Shown: positions 60,597-64,000 of the stretch, piece by piece | Layout of the letters: each line of letters opens with the position of its first letter | How positions within the stretch are numbered: position 1 is the first letter of the stretch | Assembly: GCA_050273025.1 (NCBI GenBank) | Contig: CP158635.1 | Span: 1,736,001-1,800,000, forward strand | Direction: 5' to 3' | Source: Cenococcum geophilum | Lineage: Eukaryota | DNA: 64,000 bases | Made by a program: the position numbers and the translations under genes | The notes under the pieces: model-generated | What the model was told of the DNA's origin: nothing | Seen by the model: the letters and a program-made list of their open reading frames with translations, nothing else | Database searches by the model: none

Positions 60597-62054
60597 ATGC
60601 CTCTAGGAATCAACAACCCGCTCCCCTCTTCTATGAGAAGTGCGTATTACCCCACTGGGCGGTTTTGGCTATGACGTTGCTGATGGGTGCTCAGGCGAAT
60701 GCAGAAAGACTGGGAAGATTCTGGCGTCTTTCGTTGACCCACGACAATCATTCGGACCAGACAAGATCATTCCGCCTCAGATACTTGCAAATGCGAAGGT
60801 GTGTGACCCTCATCCTGGAGGAGAGATCGACCTTTCAATTCCACTGTATCCCCCCCAAAAACAATCCAGTCTTAGGCAGCTAGACCTCGCTTCTAACGAT
60901 TCAAATCTGTATAGGGCCTCGCAATCCTTACTGTCTTCAAAGCCGGATTCCTAGGTACTGCGCGCTTCGGCTCCGGTGTTGTTGTTGCGCGTCTTACGGA
61001 CGGAACCTGGTCCGCACCGACGGCCATCGGCACGTTGGGCGGCGGATTTGGCGGACAGATTGGCTTCGAGCTTACCGATTTCGTGTTCATCCTTAACGAC
61101 GCATCCGCGGTCAAAACATTCGCGCAGGCCGGATCAATTACACTGGGAGGCAATGTCTCGATAGCTGCAGGGCCGGTTGGGCGAAATGCAGAAGCGGCAG
61201 GCGCGGCTAGCTTGAAGAGCGTCGCAGGGATATTCTCATACTCGAAGACCAAGGGCTTGTTCGCCGGTGTGTCTTTGGAAGGTAGCGCGATCATTGAGCG
61301 AAGAGATGCGAACGAGAAACTCTACGGCAGACGGTGGACGGCGCAGGAGCTTCTCAACGGCCAAGTTCCCGTTCCACCTGCAGCAGAGCCGCTCATGCGG
61401 GTCTTGCACTCGCGGGTTTTCTCTGGTGTCGCAGGTGCTGCGAGTGCGGACGCCATGTACAACGACATCCCCGTATACGATGATGCACACGAAGACGTGG
61501 TCTGGCAAGGACGGAAAGGATCCGCGTACGGTGAGGGCGTCAGGACGAACCGAACAGGAGCAACCGCTGATGGTGATGACTACGTTTATCATGACAAGCC
61601 TCAACGCTCTAGCACATGGGCAGATGATGTCTATGACCGCACTCCTTCGCAAGGAGTCAACCGCTCGTTCACCACGCGGGCCAATCCAAACGAAACCTTC
61701 GATCGCCTCGAGAGCCGCAATCGTAGTGGTAGCGGTTTCAGCGATGACTTCAATTTCAATGGCAAACCAAGGCCGACCCGACCTACAGCGCCGAAGCCGG
61801 TGTTTAAGAAAGCCATGATGGGACCGGGCCAGGCGATCGCGAAGTTTACTTTTGAACCGGATCAACCGGGTGATTTGGGTTTCAAGAAGGGCGAGGTTAT
61901 TACTATTTTGAAGAAGACAGAAAATGAGACGGATTGGTGGACCGGGAGGATTGGAAATCGAGAAGGAATATTCCCAAGGTAACCAGATGCAGGATGCTTG
62001 AAATTTAGCCATTTGCTAACGGAGTCTTCCAGCAACTACGTCGAAACAATCTGA
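60597..62054 (+). CDS. YSC84: Ysc84/Lsb3-like SYLF (YAB) plus SH3 domain protein
   Basis: MPLGINNPLP; GGGFGGQIGFELTDFVFILN; YSKTKGLFAGVSLEGS; SH3 DLGFKKGEVI..DWWTG..GIFPSNYV. Three introns. Confidence 0.93.
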
Positions 62055-62429
62055 TCTAACCAACAACACTATACTACGACGCCCAACGAACACCCACGAA
62101 TTCTTTACCACCAGAGCTCCTGTCACTACCCTCCATATATCCCTAGTCTCCTTCAATATATCTAGACCGATCACTGTAAGCTTTGTTTCCGTACGGCGTT
62201 GGATATACATCCTCTAGGTCGTTGTCAGAGAGCGAGTCTATTTTTTTTTGGAGGGGCATAGCAAGGCGTCTGGAGGACTTTCATTTCGAACCTATCCATT
62301 TTTATATCCTCGAACCTCTCCCACTTCGCCCTTTGCATCCGTGAACAAATCCAAATAGCTATCCCGCGGACCGCACCGGTCCCGCGCTATATTTAGGAGG
62401 TCTCGGCTGCCGTCTGTCGCTTACTGAGA

Positions 62430-63012
62430 TAGAGTAACCTTTAAGCGCCGACGCCTTAATATTAAAGACCTCCTTACCTTATAAAGTAAAATCCATATCA
62501 GCTGCGATACCCAGACGTCGACAAATAGAATGTCACTACTTAAGTGTAGTAGCCTACTTAGTTAATAAAGGTAGCAAGTGTAAGGGATATTATTGCGGAC
62601 ACCTCGGGTTGCCCTCAGGACAACCCCCGGACGCCCCTCGGATGGTCGCCGGTCACGTGCCGGAGGCACGTGCCCGTAGTATATAGTCTCCACGATCCCA
62701 GAGGCCTTACCTCCTCAAGGATTCGTCTCTCTCACCAATCTATCCTGTTCCAATCGTGTCCTTATAGCCCCCTGTCTACAAGATCCCCTCACAGCAAGTT
62801 ATAATTAATCCTTATAGGACTTTTACGATACGAGGATCGTATATAGCTAAGAACGTAGCAATAGCTTTAGCAACGGTTATTTAGAAGTATTAATTTAAAT
62901 ATAAGTTTAACTGCTTAATAGCTAATAACGCCACTAATAATAACAAGCTCTACGAATACCTCTTATAAAGTCTTATAGTGGCAAAAAGGGAACGACTTTA
63001 ATATAGGGCACT
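62430..63012 (+). mobile_element. RIP-degraded hAT transposase fragment, interrupted by a solo LTR
   Basis: De-RIPed reading gives ADNATNN at ~62920 and RERL.C.GH at ~62990, typical of a hAT DDE core. Confidence 0.55.
62579..62793. mobile_element. Solo LTR
   Basis: TGTAAGGG...CCCTCACA ends. TSD GCAAG at 62574-62578 and 62794-62798. Confidence 0.88.
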
Positions 63013-63167
63013 TCTAGTTGCACACCCCCCCTGGACAGGCTTTTTTGCAATCTCATTCTTCCCCCATATCTTGGATGATTTAGGTTCGCTGCGACAGGCC
63101 GTGCGTACAATAACCAGGACGGCCACTATTTAACCTCACGGGTAGAGAGAATAGCAGACAAAAGGAG

Positions 63168-64000
63168 GGATATTTTGCAGACGGTGTTCTTTGGAGCGGC
63201 AATCATATCAATGCTTCGTCTGACACGAAAAACGTTTTCGAAAGAATTACCTCTGGATCCGAACCAGACCCCGCACAAGCCCGCGGCCCAATTTCAATCG
63301 AATGCGGGGAACGTTTTCGACAACGATTACGACGCATAATCCATCGCCTAAGCGATCTTGTCAAGGCGAATCCATTTTCAAAGGAAGCCGAGTCGTCCAC
63401 GAATGCACCGCTTTTAACGAATTTTTGGATTGTACTCAGCAAGCTTAAAGTTAATAAAGTTTTTAACATTCTTTTATCTCACTTCCCTAAGCAAGCCCAG
63501 GTAGCTTTAGGAAAGCCAGAGGTTGTAATTAATAGCCTACTAGCACCTTCCCGCTAATTAGATAATAATTTAGGCGGCTAGATTATATACATTAACATTA
63601 TTATAGAGAGTATTATACTTAATAATGGTAAAGAGACAAGAGTGGGCTCTTAAACTCATGGACTAGGTCTATACGTTAGTTCTGCTATAGGCCAGGGAAG
63701 TAAAATTTAAAGGTGGTTAGAATATAATTAATATATCCTTAATAACTTTTTTAAAGACGATTATTTAAGAAAGGGCTATTAGTACTGGTTTTATATAAGG
63801 CCTGCTCGCATAATAAACCTTTAGGCTGTTGCTATTAGATTCTACCCTCTTAACTCTACGTTCTGGCTAATCCTTACTAAAGATATTATTATAGTCCTAC
63901 TTAGTACTCTTAGTAATAAGGGTTAAAGAAAGCAGTTTACCCTAAAGGCGATATTTAATTAGTATAAAGAGTGTTGCAAAGCTATACCCGATATAGGAAG
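63168..64000 (+). pseudogene. RIP-eroded ORF with a GIY-YIG-like motif, running off the window
   Basis: Frame open for about 130 codons, then broken only by TAA/TAG stops. Contains G*IIYI...LYVSSAIGQG....RWLEY. Confidence 0.45.

Noticed and set aside
61236..62012. 258-aa minus-strand ORF
   Set aside because: Antisense shadow of YSC84.

Overview
Eukaryotic DNA from a filamentous ascomycete: short GT..AG introns with CTAAC/CTAAT branch points, plus repeat-induced point mutation (RIP). A Dothideomycete-like host is an inference. The window has four parts. (1) 1-24.3 kb is an AT-rich, RIP-mutated nest of transposons. A Gypsy element (2555-16972, TSD GCTCT) carries a complete Copia element (6579-12819, TSD GTACT) and a solo LTR; the block also holds a Tc1/mariner element and nested MITEs. 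(2) 24.5-37.2 kb is an accessory-looking island: a dipeptidyl peptidase III, a small membrane-anchored protein, an NB-ARC/TPR NLR, several MITEs and an eroded gene. (3) 37.7-62.1 kb is mostly conserved genes: a calpain-like protease, PTPA/RRD1, an AT-hook/Myb-like protein, HBS1 and YSC84/LSB3, with a small MITE/pseudogene patch at 56.5-60 kb. (4) 62.4-64 kb is a second RIP zone with a hAT fragment, a solo LTR and a RIP-eroded GIY-YIG-like ORF. The best-supported notable feature is a 693-nt symmetric cassette exon in HBS1 that carries Ski7-like motifs. All calls are from manual reading and translation; no database searches were run.
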